Of a stretch of 64,000 nt of DNA, positions 19,626 through 29,600 are shown piece by piece; within the stretch, counting starts at the first letter, position 1; the number at the start of each line of letters is the position of its first letter. The position numbers and the translations under genes are program-made. The stretch is from an uncultured bacterium (lineage in GTDB: Bacteria > UBP14 > UBA6098 > B30-G16), in assembly GCA_965552135.1 (NCBI GenBank), contig CBEVQY010000010.1:1-64000 (forward strand), read 5' to 3'. A model generated the notes under the pieces. That model saw nothing but the letters and a program-made list of their open reading frames with translations. It did not search any database and was not told the DNA's origin.

Positions 19626-22541
19626 ATGAGGAGGGTTTTTGCGGCAAAAGCTTTGCTTTTGGTTTTGGCTTTTGGTCAGGCGGGGGTTCAGCTTATAAGT
19701 GTGCGAGGCGAGGGGATGGGCGGCGCCTACGTTGCCGTTGCCGACGATGCATACTGCGCCGCCGGGAACCCTGCGGGCGTCATCCAGCTTAAAAGAACGC
19801 AGTTTTCGGCGTCGTTCACGCGGTTCTTCTCCGGGCTTGATGTGGGGTCGATATCGGAGGGAAGTTTCTTCTTCGCGCCTCGCCCGTTTGGGAAAAACGC
19901 ATTCGCGCTGGCTGGATCATACCTCTTCCAGGACATCTTCTCGCAGATGAGGGTCAGTTTTTCGCTGGGGCGCCGGATCCTGAGGCGCGGCGAGGGGCGC
20001 AAGCTTTTGGCGTTATCTGTGAGCGCAGACGTCTACCGCGTTGGGTACAACCTCGGCAACGCCGTATACGACACGCTGCACGGCGACGTCCCCGACGACC
20101 CCCTCTTCCGCTCCGGCACCGAGAAGTTCGCCGTGGGCGGCGGTGTGAGCCTTTTCGGGAAGATCGGGAGGGGGTCTTTCGGGCTTAAGGTCAGCAACAT
20201 AAACGAGCCCAACGTATCGCTTTCGGGCGATGATGCCGGCAGGCTTCCGCGCAGGCTGCGGACAGGGTTTGCCTACGACTATCGCGACGTGCTCCTTGCC
20301 GCCGTCGACTTCGACACCCCGCTCCGAAGCGCAACGATGCAGGACCCAACCCACATCGCGGTGGGGGTTGAGGGCAGAATGCTTGATGGCAAGCTCTTGC
20401 TGAGGGGAGGCTATGATCTTGCCGTTGGCGAGGGCGCAAAGGGAAGCTTCCACCTTGGCTTTGGCTTCAGAAGCCTTACGAGACACAACTTCGGCTTCGA
20501 CTACGCGCTGGTTTTGCCCGGTGGGCACGTGGCCGGACACCCTCACCACAAGGTTGCCGTCTTCTACGGCATGCCCATTCCGCCGCCCAAAAAGGTCGAC
20601 CTCATCGTGTACCCGGAGAGCCTCACGACCGTTCCGATGGTTCTGCGACCGGATTCGGTGGGCGTCATAAAGGCTTTCGTCGCCAACATCGGCGAGGACG
20701 TGGCAAAAAACTTCAGGGCAAGAGCATTTTACTTCGACGAGGGAGGCAATTACGGGCTCATAGGCTCGCAGAAGGTAGACGCTCTTGGTTCGGGGGAGCA
20801 TATGTGGCTTGAGTTTGCGTGGATGCCGCCGCGCAAGGGCTGGTACGATGTCTACGTATCGGTGGATGATGTTGAGACGAAGGGTTCCAAGCGCAGGGGC
20901 GTTTTGCCCGATGTAAACGGCGCCAACAACGTCGCACGCTTCCGAGTTGCCGCGTTCAATCCGCCGGCTCTGGAGAAGAAGCCGGAATTTATGAAAACAA
21001 GCCTCAAGCTTTCGGAGATAAACTACATAAGGGAAGAGATTCCGATGGTTCCGTTTGTTTTCTTCGACCACGGCGACACCTCCGTTCCCACCAGGTTTTA
21101 CGATGCTTTGCGCACGGTGGTCAGGCGGCTTGGTCGCAATCCCAACGTTGCGGTTGTTCTGCGCGGTTATGTCGATGCGCCCTCCGAGGCGGGATCGGTC
21201 CCCGACCTTGAGGCTCTTGCCCTCAAACGCGCCCAAGCAGTCAAAAATCTTATGCTTTCGATGGGTGCCAGAAGCGAGCAGGTGATAATAGTTCCGCCCG
21301 GCGAATACGACTACACCCAGCCCCGCGCGGGAAAACCCCACAGGCGAAGGACGTCGGTGTGGGAAAGCTACATAGCTCAGGAGAACCGCAGGGTCGAGAT
21401 GTCCACCCAGATAATAGGTTTTCCGGATACGGTTCTCATTTGCTGCGTCAACTACCGTATTGGCGAGGTTGAGGTGCCGCCCGAGGGCAAGCTTGAGATC
21501 GAAAACTCGATGAGGCTCACCAAAGACCTCCTCGAGCAGAACCCCGATGTCATAATCCTCTTCCACGGCACAAGCAGCCCCGAGGACGGTTCGAGCTGGG
21601 AGAACGCCTTCTACCGAGCGATGAACGTCAGGAACTATGCGGGTCAGCTCGTTTCGCCTCAGACCGCGGAGCGCATGATGGTCTACGCTGCCCCCGATAG
21701 CGTGGACATGGTTAAGATCGTAATGAGCGGCGACGCCATCGTCTATCGTCCCCGCAGCTCCGCCAAGGCGGCGCAGGGCTTCCAGGTCGCCGCGAGGGAG
21801 AAGAACAGGATCGTGCTTGAGGGGCTCCAGGTCGACGCAGGGATCGACACATACTACATCGCCGTGGTCGACGATGCCGGCAACGAGTTCCGTTTGCTTG
21901 CCGCAGGTCGCGGGGAGCCGCCCAGAGCCGTCGAGTGGGACTGGCACGGTAACGACGGCGAACCCCCCGAGCCGGGAAGAAAATACTACGCATACCTCTA
22001 CATCCGCGACAAGGTCGGTCAGGAGCTTGAGGCGCGCTCGGCGCCCGTCCAGATCAAAGTCACCCGCACCGAAAAGCGACAGGAGCTTATCATAGTCAAC
22101 TTCACCTTCGGCGGAACGTTCCCGCAGTCGCCTTACCTTGAGGGCAGGACGGAGCGCATAGCTTCGGACTTTATCAGGAAGGCTGTTCAGCGCAAGACGG
22201 TCTTTAAGGTCGTTATAGGTGGTCATACGGATATAATCGGCAATGCCGACGTCAACCAGCGTCTAAGCCTTGAGCGCGCAAGAAGGGAGTACCGGAACCT
22301 GCGCCGCATCCTTATGTCGATGCTCGGACTCAGGACGGAGATGGAGCTTGACCGGTGGCTTGCCGAGCACAAGGTAAGCATCGAAACGAGAGGCTACGGA
22401 TACTCCCGACCCTATGTCGTTCGCGTGTGGGAGCGCGGGTACTTCAGAAACATCCTCGTCGGAAACAACGAGTACCCCGAGGGACGTTTCATAAACCGAA
22501 GGGTGACTATGGAGTACCAGATCATACGGCGCTACAAGTGA
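19626..22541 (+). CDS. PorP/SprF(PorV)-like beta-barrel + CARDB + multiple OmpA-like domain protein (paralog 1)
   Basis: GMGGAYVAVADDA...NPAG, GLKVSNINEPNVS, amphipathic strands, CARDB-like segment, and OmpA motifs (ENRRVE; GHTDIIG...N..LSLERA...NRRV). Confidence 0.8.
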   Translation: MRRVFAAKALLLVLAFGQAGVQLISVRGEGMGGAYVAVADDAYCAAGNPAGVIQLKRTQFSASFTRFFSGLDVGSISEGSFFFAPRPFGKNAFALAGSYLFQDIFSQMRVSFSLGRRILRRGEGRKLLALSVSADVYRVGYNLGNAVYDTLHGDVPDDPLFRSGTEKFAVGGGVSLFGKIGRGSFGLKVSNINEPNVSLSGDDAGRLPRRLRTGFAYDYRDVLLAAVDFDTPLRSATMQDPTHIAVGVEGRMLDGKLLLRGGYDLAVGEGAKGSFHLGFGFRSLTRHNFGFDYALVLPGGHVAGHPHHKVAVFYGMPIPPPKKVDLIVYPESLTTVPMVLRPDSVGVIKAFVANIGEDVAKNFRARAFYFDEGGNYGLIGSQKVDALGSGEHMWLEFAWMPPRKGWYDVYVSVDDVETKGSKRRGVLPDVNGANNVARFRVAAFNPPALEKKPEFMKTSLKLSEINYIREEIPMVPFVFFDHGDTSVPTRFYDALRTVVRRLGRNPNVAVVLRGYVDAPSEAGSVPDLEALALKRAQAVKNLMLSMGARSEQVIIVPPGEYDYTQPRAGKPHRRRTSVWESYIAQENRRVEMSTQIIGFPDTVLICCVNYRIGEVEVPPEGKLEIENSMRLTKDLLEQNPDVIILFHGTSSPEDGSSWENAFYRAMNVRNYAGQLVSPQTAERMMVYAAPDSVDMVKIVMSGDAIVYRPRSSAKAAQGFQVAAREKNRIVLEGLQVDAGIDTYYIAVVDDAGNEFRLLAAGRGEPPRAVEWDWHGNDGEPPEPGRKYYAYLYIRDKVGQELEARSAPVQIKVTRTEKRQELIIVNFTFGGTFPQSPYLEGRTERIASDFIRKAVQRKTVFKVVIGGHTDIIGNADVNQRLSLERARREYRNLRRILMSMLGLRTEMELDRWLAEHKVSIETRGYGYSRPYVVRVWERGYFRNILVGNNEYPEGRFINRRVTMEYQIIRRYK

Positions 22542-25318
22542 TGCGGGCATCGACAAAGCTTTTGGTCCTTGTTTTCTTTGCCGTTTCTCTGGGTCGCGTC
22601 AGAAACCCGTTTGAGGGAAACCTTTACCCCTACGACCCGGTCGTCCAGTGGGGGGATGGCTATTATGCCTTCTGCGGTTTCAGCAAGCCGATGCTCGGCG
22701 TTGGAGGCGCCCTGCATTCCGCATCCCTTGCGTTCTTTTCGCCGCATGTCTGCTGGGGTGGATGGGGACTCAGGATAAACCATGTGGGGAACGCTTACTA
22801 CAACCACCAGCGCTTGTGGATTATCTACAAAACTCCCCGGCTTTGCCTTGACAGGTTTATGAGGTTTTACGCCTGGTTTGCGCCCGGCGTTGAGCGGTGC
22901 GGGCTTTTGCGGGGAAACTTCCACCGCTTCGACCGATCCGACCCCATCCTTGGCGCGGGCGATAGGTTTGCTCCGTCGTTCAGCGGGGGTGTTGTCGCCC
23001 AGATGAGGCGCGCTATCCTCGCGGTGTGGGGGGAGGATATATACGGTGCTGATCTTTCGGCGGGCGGCGGATTTCGCCAGCCCGCAAGCGCCGAGGGCTA
23101 CGTTGGCTTTGGGGTTTGGCGAGGCGTAAGTGCCTGGCTTGGGGCGCGGTACGACGGCGTGGCAAAAAGGCTTCTGCCGTCTTTTGGCGTGACATACAGG
23201 TCGAAGGGGTGGCGCTTTTGGGCGGGATACGCCAGGAGCTCGGCGTGGATATCAGTTTCGGCGCCGGTGGTGCTGGGCAGGGTTTGGAGCGGCTACCGCG
23301 CGGCGTATCATCTTGCAACGCCCGATGTCGCTCGCGCAGCGCTGACATCGCACGCGGCGGAGCTGGAGCTCGCCCTGCCCACCAAAGTGCGCAGGATACC
23401 CCGGCTGCCAAACTTCACCCTGGACCCGGGCGAAATGCCCGACATAGCCCCATCGGATACGGTGTACCTGAGCGTTGCGGTCCTCAACAGGTCCGAGGCT
23501 CCAGCCGGTTCAACGAAGACGTCGCTTTTCGCGGTAACTGAGGGGGAGACGACGCTTATCGCCTTGGTGGATGTTCCGCCTTTGGCGCCGGGGGAGGATT
23601 TCCTCGCGCAGTTTACGTGGGTTCCGCCCCATCCGGGGTCGTACAGGCTTGTCTTCACCGCCGACGACGACGGCAAGCACTTCCCGGGCATAGGCAGCAT
23701 TGTCGACGAATCGAACGAGGAGGACAACAGGCTCGTCCACGAGCTTTTGGTGTTTGGCGAAGTCGTTGCGTCGGTATCGCCGCTTCTGCAGGTGCTCTCT
23801 ATACCCACCGTCACGTTCGTGCGCGAGGAGGAGCCCATCGTCCCTCTGGTTTTTTTCGACCCCAAGTCCGCCCAGCCTCCGCCAAGGTTCGACTCCACCC
23901 TCGCCGTGGTCGCCGAAAGGCTCCTTTCGAACCCCGACGTCGTTCTGGAGCTTCGGGGGTACTACGATCCCATAACCGACGGCGACAGCGTTGAGCTTGC
24001 GCTTATGCGCGCGGATGCGGTGAGGGATAGGCTTGTGCGGCTCGGCGTTCCGCCCTCTTCGGTGGTCGTTTTGGGCGAGGATGAGTATGATCCGTCCAGA
24101 CCGCGCGTTCCCTTGACGCGCGCCGACATACCGCGCCGCGACCTTTATATGATCTGCGCCGAGAACCGCCGCGTCGAAATGGTGGCGCGCTTCGAGAACA
24201 TGCCATACCTCCTCTACGAGTTCGAACTTCCCCCGCGGGCGCCTCTGTCGCAGAGGCAGCGAAGCGTGCTCGATACGCTTGCGGAGAAGCTCGCTGGTGT
24301 CTTGTGCTCCAATCACAGCGCCATCGTCCTTCTGGAGGGCGTTCCTGCGCCCGGCGACGACCCCGTCGACGTCCTCCGAAGGCTCGATGCGGTGCGAAGC
24401 TACCTCCTTCCGCGAATGCAGGTTTTCTGCCCCCTTGAGAGAATTCCCATAGCGCTTTCGGAGGGCAAGGTAGGGCGCACCACCGCAAGGCTTTGGCTTT
24501 CGGCAGAGGCGATCATCTTCAAACCCATCGAGAACGCCGAGGCGGCGAAGGAATTTAAAATACCCGACGACGTCGGCAGAAACCTCATCGTGATAGCGGT
24601 TTCGCACCCCGAACATATAACAAGGTATTCGATTTTCGCCGTCAACGAGGACACCGGCGATACGGTTCGTGTTTTCGCCCGGGGCGACGGACCTCCGCCT
24701 TCGCAGGTTGTGTGGGATTGGCGCGACGGAAACGGTAACCTCATCGACCCCCGCGGAACCTACCGGGTCTATGTGTCGCTCCAGGACTACCTCGGTCGAA
24801 ACTACGTCGTCAAGTCCGACCCGATATGGGTCGTTGTGGAGAAGTGGGAGCACAGGATCGAGTCTTCGATAGTCGTCCAGTTCGCCTTCGACGAGGCTAC
24901 GAGCGAGTCGAAGTACCTGGAGTCGCGCCTTGAGGATTTTGCGCGTCAGATAGTTGACAAGGCTGCGATACCCGGCAACGAGATCACCGTTTGTCTGACC
25001 GGACACACCGACGTCATCGGCACTGCGCGGCGGAACCAGAAGCTCTCGGAGCAGCGGGCGCAAAAGGAGCTTAGGAACTTGCGCTACCTTCTTCAGTTCG
25101 TTTTAGGTCTCGACACGCCCGATGAGCTTGACAGGTGGCTTTCGGAGCACAACGTCAGGCTCGTCGCCCGCGGCGTGAGGGACCTTGAACCCTATGTGAT
25201 CGAGCGCTACCGCAACGGTCGCTTCGAGAAGGTCCTTTTGGGTGACGACACGAAGCCCGAAGGCAGAAGCGTAAACAGGCGCGTCGTCATCGAGGTCGAG
25301 GAGAAGATACAGAAATGA
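22541..25318 (+). CDS. barrel + CARDB + multiple OmpA-like domain protein (paralog 2)
   Basis: ATG overlaps the upstream stop (TGATG) and a signal peptide follows. ESNEEDN CARDB motif, EEPIVPLVFFD, GHTDVIG...N.KLSEQRA...NRRV. Confidence 0.8.
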   Translation: MRASTKLLVLVFFAVSLGRVRNPFEGNLYPYDPVVQWGDGYYAFCGFSKPMLGVGGALHSASLAFFSPHVCWGGWGLRINHVGNAYYNHQRLWIIYKTPRLCLDRFMRFYAWFAPGVERCGLLRGNFHRFDRSDPILGAGDRFAPSFSGGVVAQMRRAILAVWGEDIYGADLSAGGGFRQPASAEGYVGFGVWRGVSAWLGARYDGVAKRLLPSFGVTYRSKGWRFWAGYARSSAWISVSAPVVLGRVWSGYRAAYHLATPDVARAALTSHAAELELALPTKVRRIPRLPNFTLDPGEMPDIAPSDTVYLSVAVLNRSEAPAGSTKTSLFAVTEGETTLIALVDVPPLAPGEDFLAQFTWVPPHPGSYRLVFTADDDGKHFPGIGSIVDESNEEDNRLVHELLVFGEVVASVSPLLQVLSIPTVTFVREEEPIVPLVFFDPKSAQPPPRFDSTLAVVAERLLSNPDVVLELRGYYDPITDGDSVELALMRADAVRDRLVRLGVPPSSVVVLGEDEYDPSRPRVPLTRADIPRRDLYMICAENRRVEMVARFENMPYLLYEFELPPRAPLSQRQRSVLDTLAEKLAGVLCSNHSAIVLLEGVPAPGDDPVDVLRRLDAVRSYLLPRMQVFCPLERIPIALSEGKVGRTTARLWLSAEAIIFKPIENAEAAKEFKIPDDVGRNLIVIAVSHPEHITRYSIFAVNEDTGDTVRVFARGDGPPPSQVVWDWRDGNGNLIDPRGTYRVYVSLQDYLGRNYVVKSDPIWVVVEKWEHRIESSIVVQFAFDEATSESKYLESRLEDFARQIVDKAAIPGNEITVCLTGHTDVIGTARRNQKLSEQRAQKELRNLRYLLQFVLGLDTPDELDRWLSEHNVRLVARGVRDLEPYVIERYRNGRFEKVLLGDDTKPEGRSVNRRVVIEVEEKIQK

Positions 25319-25947
25319 AGCGCACGACCCTCATCCTCGTCAGGCACGGCGAGACGGTAGCCAACGTGGAGAACATCTTTCGCGGCAGGCAGAACTTCCC
25401 CCTCAACGACAACGGTCGTCGGCAGGCGAAGCTTTTGGCTGAGGCGCTTGCCAAATACGACGTCTCTGCGATATACTCAAGTCCCCTCTCCAGGGCGCTC
25501 GAGACGGCGAAGGCTGTGGCGCAGAAGTTTTCGCTTGGCGTCGTTGTCGAGCCAAAGCTTACGAACATATCCCTCGGGTCTTGGGAGGGCAAGCCCCACA
25601 CCGAGATCGCTAAGCTTTTCCCGAAGGAGTACGACCTTTGGCGGACGGAGCCCGAGCGTTTGGTCATCCCCGGCGGCGAAACTCTTTCCGAGGTTCAGGC
25701 GCGCGCCTTCGAGGCGGTGGAGAGAATCGTATCCGAAAACGAGGGGAAGACGGTTGTCGTCGTCTCGCACCGCGCCGTCCTCAAGCCGCTTATCGCCGCA
25801 CTCATCGGAATAAAAGAACCGTACTTCTGGAAAATCCACATGGACAACGCCTCGTACTCCATCGTCTATCACACAAAGCTTCGGGGCTATATGCTTTATC
25901 AGCTCAACCGCAACGATCACCTCGAAAGCTTCGTCTTCGAGGATTAG
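25315..25947 (+). CDS. histidine phosphatase (phosphoglycerate mutase family)
   Basis: LVRHGET, SSPLSRA, GSWEG and VVSH motifs. ATGA overlap with the upstream gene. Confidence 0.92.
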   Translation: MKRTTLILVRHGETVANVENIFRGRQNFPLNDNGRRQAKLLAEALAKYDVSAIYSSPLSRALETAKAVAQKFSLGVVVEPKLTNISLGSWEGKPHTEIAKLFPKEYDLWRTEPERLVIPGGETLSEVQARAFEAVERIVSENEGKTVVVVSHRAVLKPLIAALIGIKEPYFWKIHMDNASYSIVYHTKLRGYMLYQLNRNDHLESFVFED

Positions 25948-26036
25948 TTTTTGCGCCGCGGGTCGCCTTCACAAAAGCTTTCTTGACCTTGCGCATCCCG
26001 CGCCGTTTTTTTGTTATACGGTTCGGGGGAGGGCAG

Positions 26037-26678
26037 ATGATCTCGCTTGCGGACGTAAGGCTTTACGTGATATTGGACATGCCGCTTCTGCGGCGTTGTG
26101 GTCGTGATCCTCTGGATGTGTTTTGGCGTGCCTACCGCGGCGGCGCAAGGATGTTCCAGATACGATACAAGGGCGTTTTGGAGGGCGAGCTTTACCGGTG
26201 CGCGGCATCGATTGCGTCCGAGGTCCGCAAAACCGACGCGCTTTTGATCGTCAACGACAGCCTGTCGGTAGCTCTTGCGGTTGGTGCAGATGGCGTTCAC
26301 CTCGGCAGCGACGATCTGCCGGTTGCGGCGGCAAGGAGTGTGGCGGGCGAAGGCTTTATCATAGGCGCTTCGACTTGTTCGGTCGATGATGCGATTGCGG
26401 CGCAGGGTCAGGGAGCAGACTACATAGGTTACGGCGCTGTGTTCCCCACAGCGACCAAAGCCGATGCGAAGCTGGGCTCGCTTGACGAGCTTAAAAAGGT
26501 CCTGGCGGCGGTGAGCATCCCCGTATTTCCGCTGGGTGGGATAAACGAGGGCAACGTTGGGATGGTTGCATCGGTGGGTGTTGATCGTGTTTGCGTTGGT
26601 TCGGGCGTTATCTGCGCCGACGACCCCGAGCGAGCCGCCGCAGCTATAATATCTGCGCTGGAGGAACGAAAATCGTGA
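26037..26678 (+). CDS. thiE: thiamine-phosphate synthase
   Basis: QIRYK, LIVND, ADGVHLGSDD, GADYIGYGAVFPTATK and LGGIN motifs. SD GGGGAGG before ATG 26037. Confidence 0.92.
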   Translation: MISLADVRLYVILDMPLLRRCGRDPLDVFWRAYRGGARMFQIRYKGVLEGELYRCAASIASEVRKTDALLIVNDSLSVALAVGADGVHLGSDDLPVAAARSVAGEGFIIGASTCSVDDAIAAQGQGADYIGYGAVFPTATKADAKLGSLDELKKVLAAVSIPVFPLGGINEGNVGMVASVGVDRVCVGSGVICADDPERAAAAIISALEERKS

Positions 26679-29600
26679 GCGCTTTCTGCGCCAAAGCTTT
26701 TTGCATTGGCTTTGTGCTTTTGGGGCTTCTTTTCGCTCAGCCCGACACGACCGCCCCGCACGTCCGATTCGCCCTCCCCGGTGACGGCGGATACCTCTCC
26801 TGCCCCGACGGGGACATCGTTATGGTCATAACTGACCAAAGCCCGCTCGATCTTGTGTCGCTGTGGCTTACGGCGGCGATGCCCGGAACGATATTCACCG
26901 TCCCGGGGAGCACGGCATCGGCCATCGATTCGGTGTACTACTACCATTTCTCCTCCCTTGCCGACGGCGACTCCGTTTGGCTCTCGTATGCACCCATCTG
27001 CGATATGCTCCACAACTGCCGGTATTACGTTTTCCACTTCTGGGTTGATCTTTCGCCGCCGGTTTTGGAGCTCGTTTCTCCGCCCGAGGGCGTGCTTCCT
27101 TCCTGTGGGCTTTTGTTCGTTGCGCGGGTCTTCGATTCGCTTTCTGGGGTTTCTGCGGATTCGTCGGTCGTTTCGGTTCGGGTGCGCGGCTTCGACGACT
27201 GGAGCTTCTCGGCGGCGTTCTCGTCGCCTTCGGTGTCCTTCGCGGACGAAACCCTATCGGTCGATGTTGGTTTGCTTGGCGCTATTGCGGGCGGCGACAC
27301 GATCGACGTCTGCGTCGACGCAAGGGATGCCGCCCAAGGCTGCGGCGCAAACGAAGCAAGCGAGTGCTTTCGCTTCCTGCTGCCCTATACACCGCCCGGC
27401 ATAACCTTCATCTACCCGCCGGATGGCGTCATAAGCGCCTGTCCCGATTCGGTGGTTTTCCTCGTGTCGGATGTCGACTCCGTGGTTGACGTTTGCCTCG
27501 TCGTGGGGGAGGACACCATCTGCCTTGGCGACCCGAGGTTTTCCAGGTCGGGCGATACGTTCTTCGTCAACACCGCTGGTCTTTTCGTCGACGCGGCGTA
27601 TCAGCCGCTCTGCGTTTACTGCGCCGATGTGTACCGCACATCTGCTGCGGGCACGCTTTGGGTTTGGGCTGATCTTTCGCCCCCCTACGTCGTCGACGTC
27701 GAGCCGCCGTGGGGAGCGCTCCTTGTGGACACCGTGGAGACCATTTCGGTTTGGCTCGACGACGCGATCTCTGGCGTCGACTGGAGCTCGATCACCCTAA
27801 CGGTCGACGGTGTTGCAACGCCGTTTGGGCGCGATTCCGTCGCGGGGAGGATTTGGTTCGAATACGTTTTCCACGGCGTGGGGGAGGCGCTCGACAGCGC
27901 CGATGTGACGATATGCATCCAGGCGCGCGACAAACCAGATATGTGCTTCAACCCGCTCGATACGTGCTTCACCGTCAGACACTACGTCGACACGCGCAAG
28001 CCGGATGTGACGCCACCGGAGGGGATCGTGACCGCGTGCGAGGACCAGTGGGTTGTCGTGTCGGTGTTCTCGGTCTCGGGGCTCGACTCGCCAACGGTGA
28101 CCCTACAAATCAACGACGACCTCTTCGACCTCGCAAGCCCCCAGCTTTACATGACGAGCTTTCCCTCGTCGCCTTCGGGCGTTGTGGACAGTTTGTTTTT
28201 CGTTCCCTCGCCGGGGTACTGGCGCGACGGCGACACGATCCTCTGCCAGTTCAACGCAAACACCATCTTCGGTCCGCACCTAAACAGGCTCTGGCTTTTC
28301 TACACCGACTTTTCGCCGCCTTATTTCGAGGCTCTTTTCCCTGTGGACGGTGAGCTTTGTATGCACAGGGTCGACAGCGTGGTTTTCAGGCTTGGCGATG
28401 CTGTGGCAGGTCTTTGGGAGCCGAGCTTCGTCTGCTCCCTCGGCGTCGGCGGCGATTTCGTAAACGTCCCCCTTGCGGCGCTTGTGGAGCGCGGCGACAC
28501 ATTCACGCTCCGGCTCGCCGACGTCGGCGTCCAGCTTCGCGGATGCGATTCGGTGCTTGTGTGCCTTGGGATTTCCGACAGGGTCGCGGAGCAGTACTGC
28601 GGTCCGAATCGGCTCGACACCTGCTGGAGCTTCTCCCTCGATTGCTCTGCGCCCTCTGCGGAGCTCATCCTGCCCGAGGAAGGATCTTTCGTCTCGTGCG
28701 AGGCGCAGCCCGTCGCCTTCGCCATCTCGGAGGACGTAAACCTCGATTCGTCCACTATTGCCGTCGTCCTCTCGGAAGGGGATACGTTTCTGTGGGGCAG
28801 CGCTTCCCTTGTCTTTACCGCGCCAGGGACTTTGGTCTTTCTGCCGCCTGCGCCGTGGACAAGCGGCGAGGTCGTGTCGGGCGAGCTTTTGCCCGTGTGC
28901 GATTCGGTGGGGAACTGCTCGTCGGTCGTCCCGTTCTACTTCACTGTCGACCTCGAGCCGCCGCGGATCGAGCCGGTTTTGCCTCCGCCCGGCGCCGTCG
29001 TGTCCGATTCGATGGCTGTGGTGAAGGTCTTGGTCCGCGATGAGCTTTCGGGGGTAAGCGATGTCGGAGTTGCGGCGGATTTCGGTGGCGCCTTTACCGG
29101 TGAGGTAGCTGACACATTCATCTTCGACCCAGCGCTTGCAGGCGCGCCTTTGGGTCCCGAGGACAGCGTGTTTGTGATGGTTTGGGCGTCCGACAGCGCA
29201 ACCCTGTGCGGCGCCAACTCCGATACCGTTGCGTACTGGTTCGTGGTCGATGCCGTGGGACCGAGGCTTGTCGGCGTCGATGCGCCGCCCTATGGCTTCA
29301 CGTCGTGCCCCGACAGAAGGATCTCCTTCCGATACGAAGATTTCCTCGGGATCGACACCTTCTTCGTCGCCGTTTTCTCCTCCCACAGCGGCGAAACGCT
29401 TTTTTCATCTGATCCGCAAGTCCACGCCGACGACACTTTGGTCGTGTTCGTCCCTGCATCTCCCTACGCGGACGGCGAGACCGTCTCGGTCTGCGTCGTC
29501 TCGGCGCCTGATCTTGCGGGAAATCCCTCCGTTGCGGAAAGCGTTTGCGCCTCCTTTGTTGTGGATTTAACCCCGCCCGTTGTGACGCCGGTCTTCCCCG

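Noticed and set aside
22355..22540. N-terminal extension of the 987-aa ORF, or a frameshift fusion of anchors 1 and 2
   Set aside because: ATG 22541 gives a clean signal peptide with TGATG coupling, and both paralogs are complete.
25948..26036. TPP riboswitch upstream of thiE
   Set aside because: Only 89 nt long, with no CTGAGA core.
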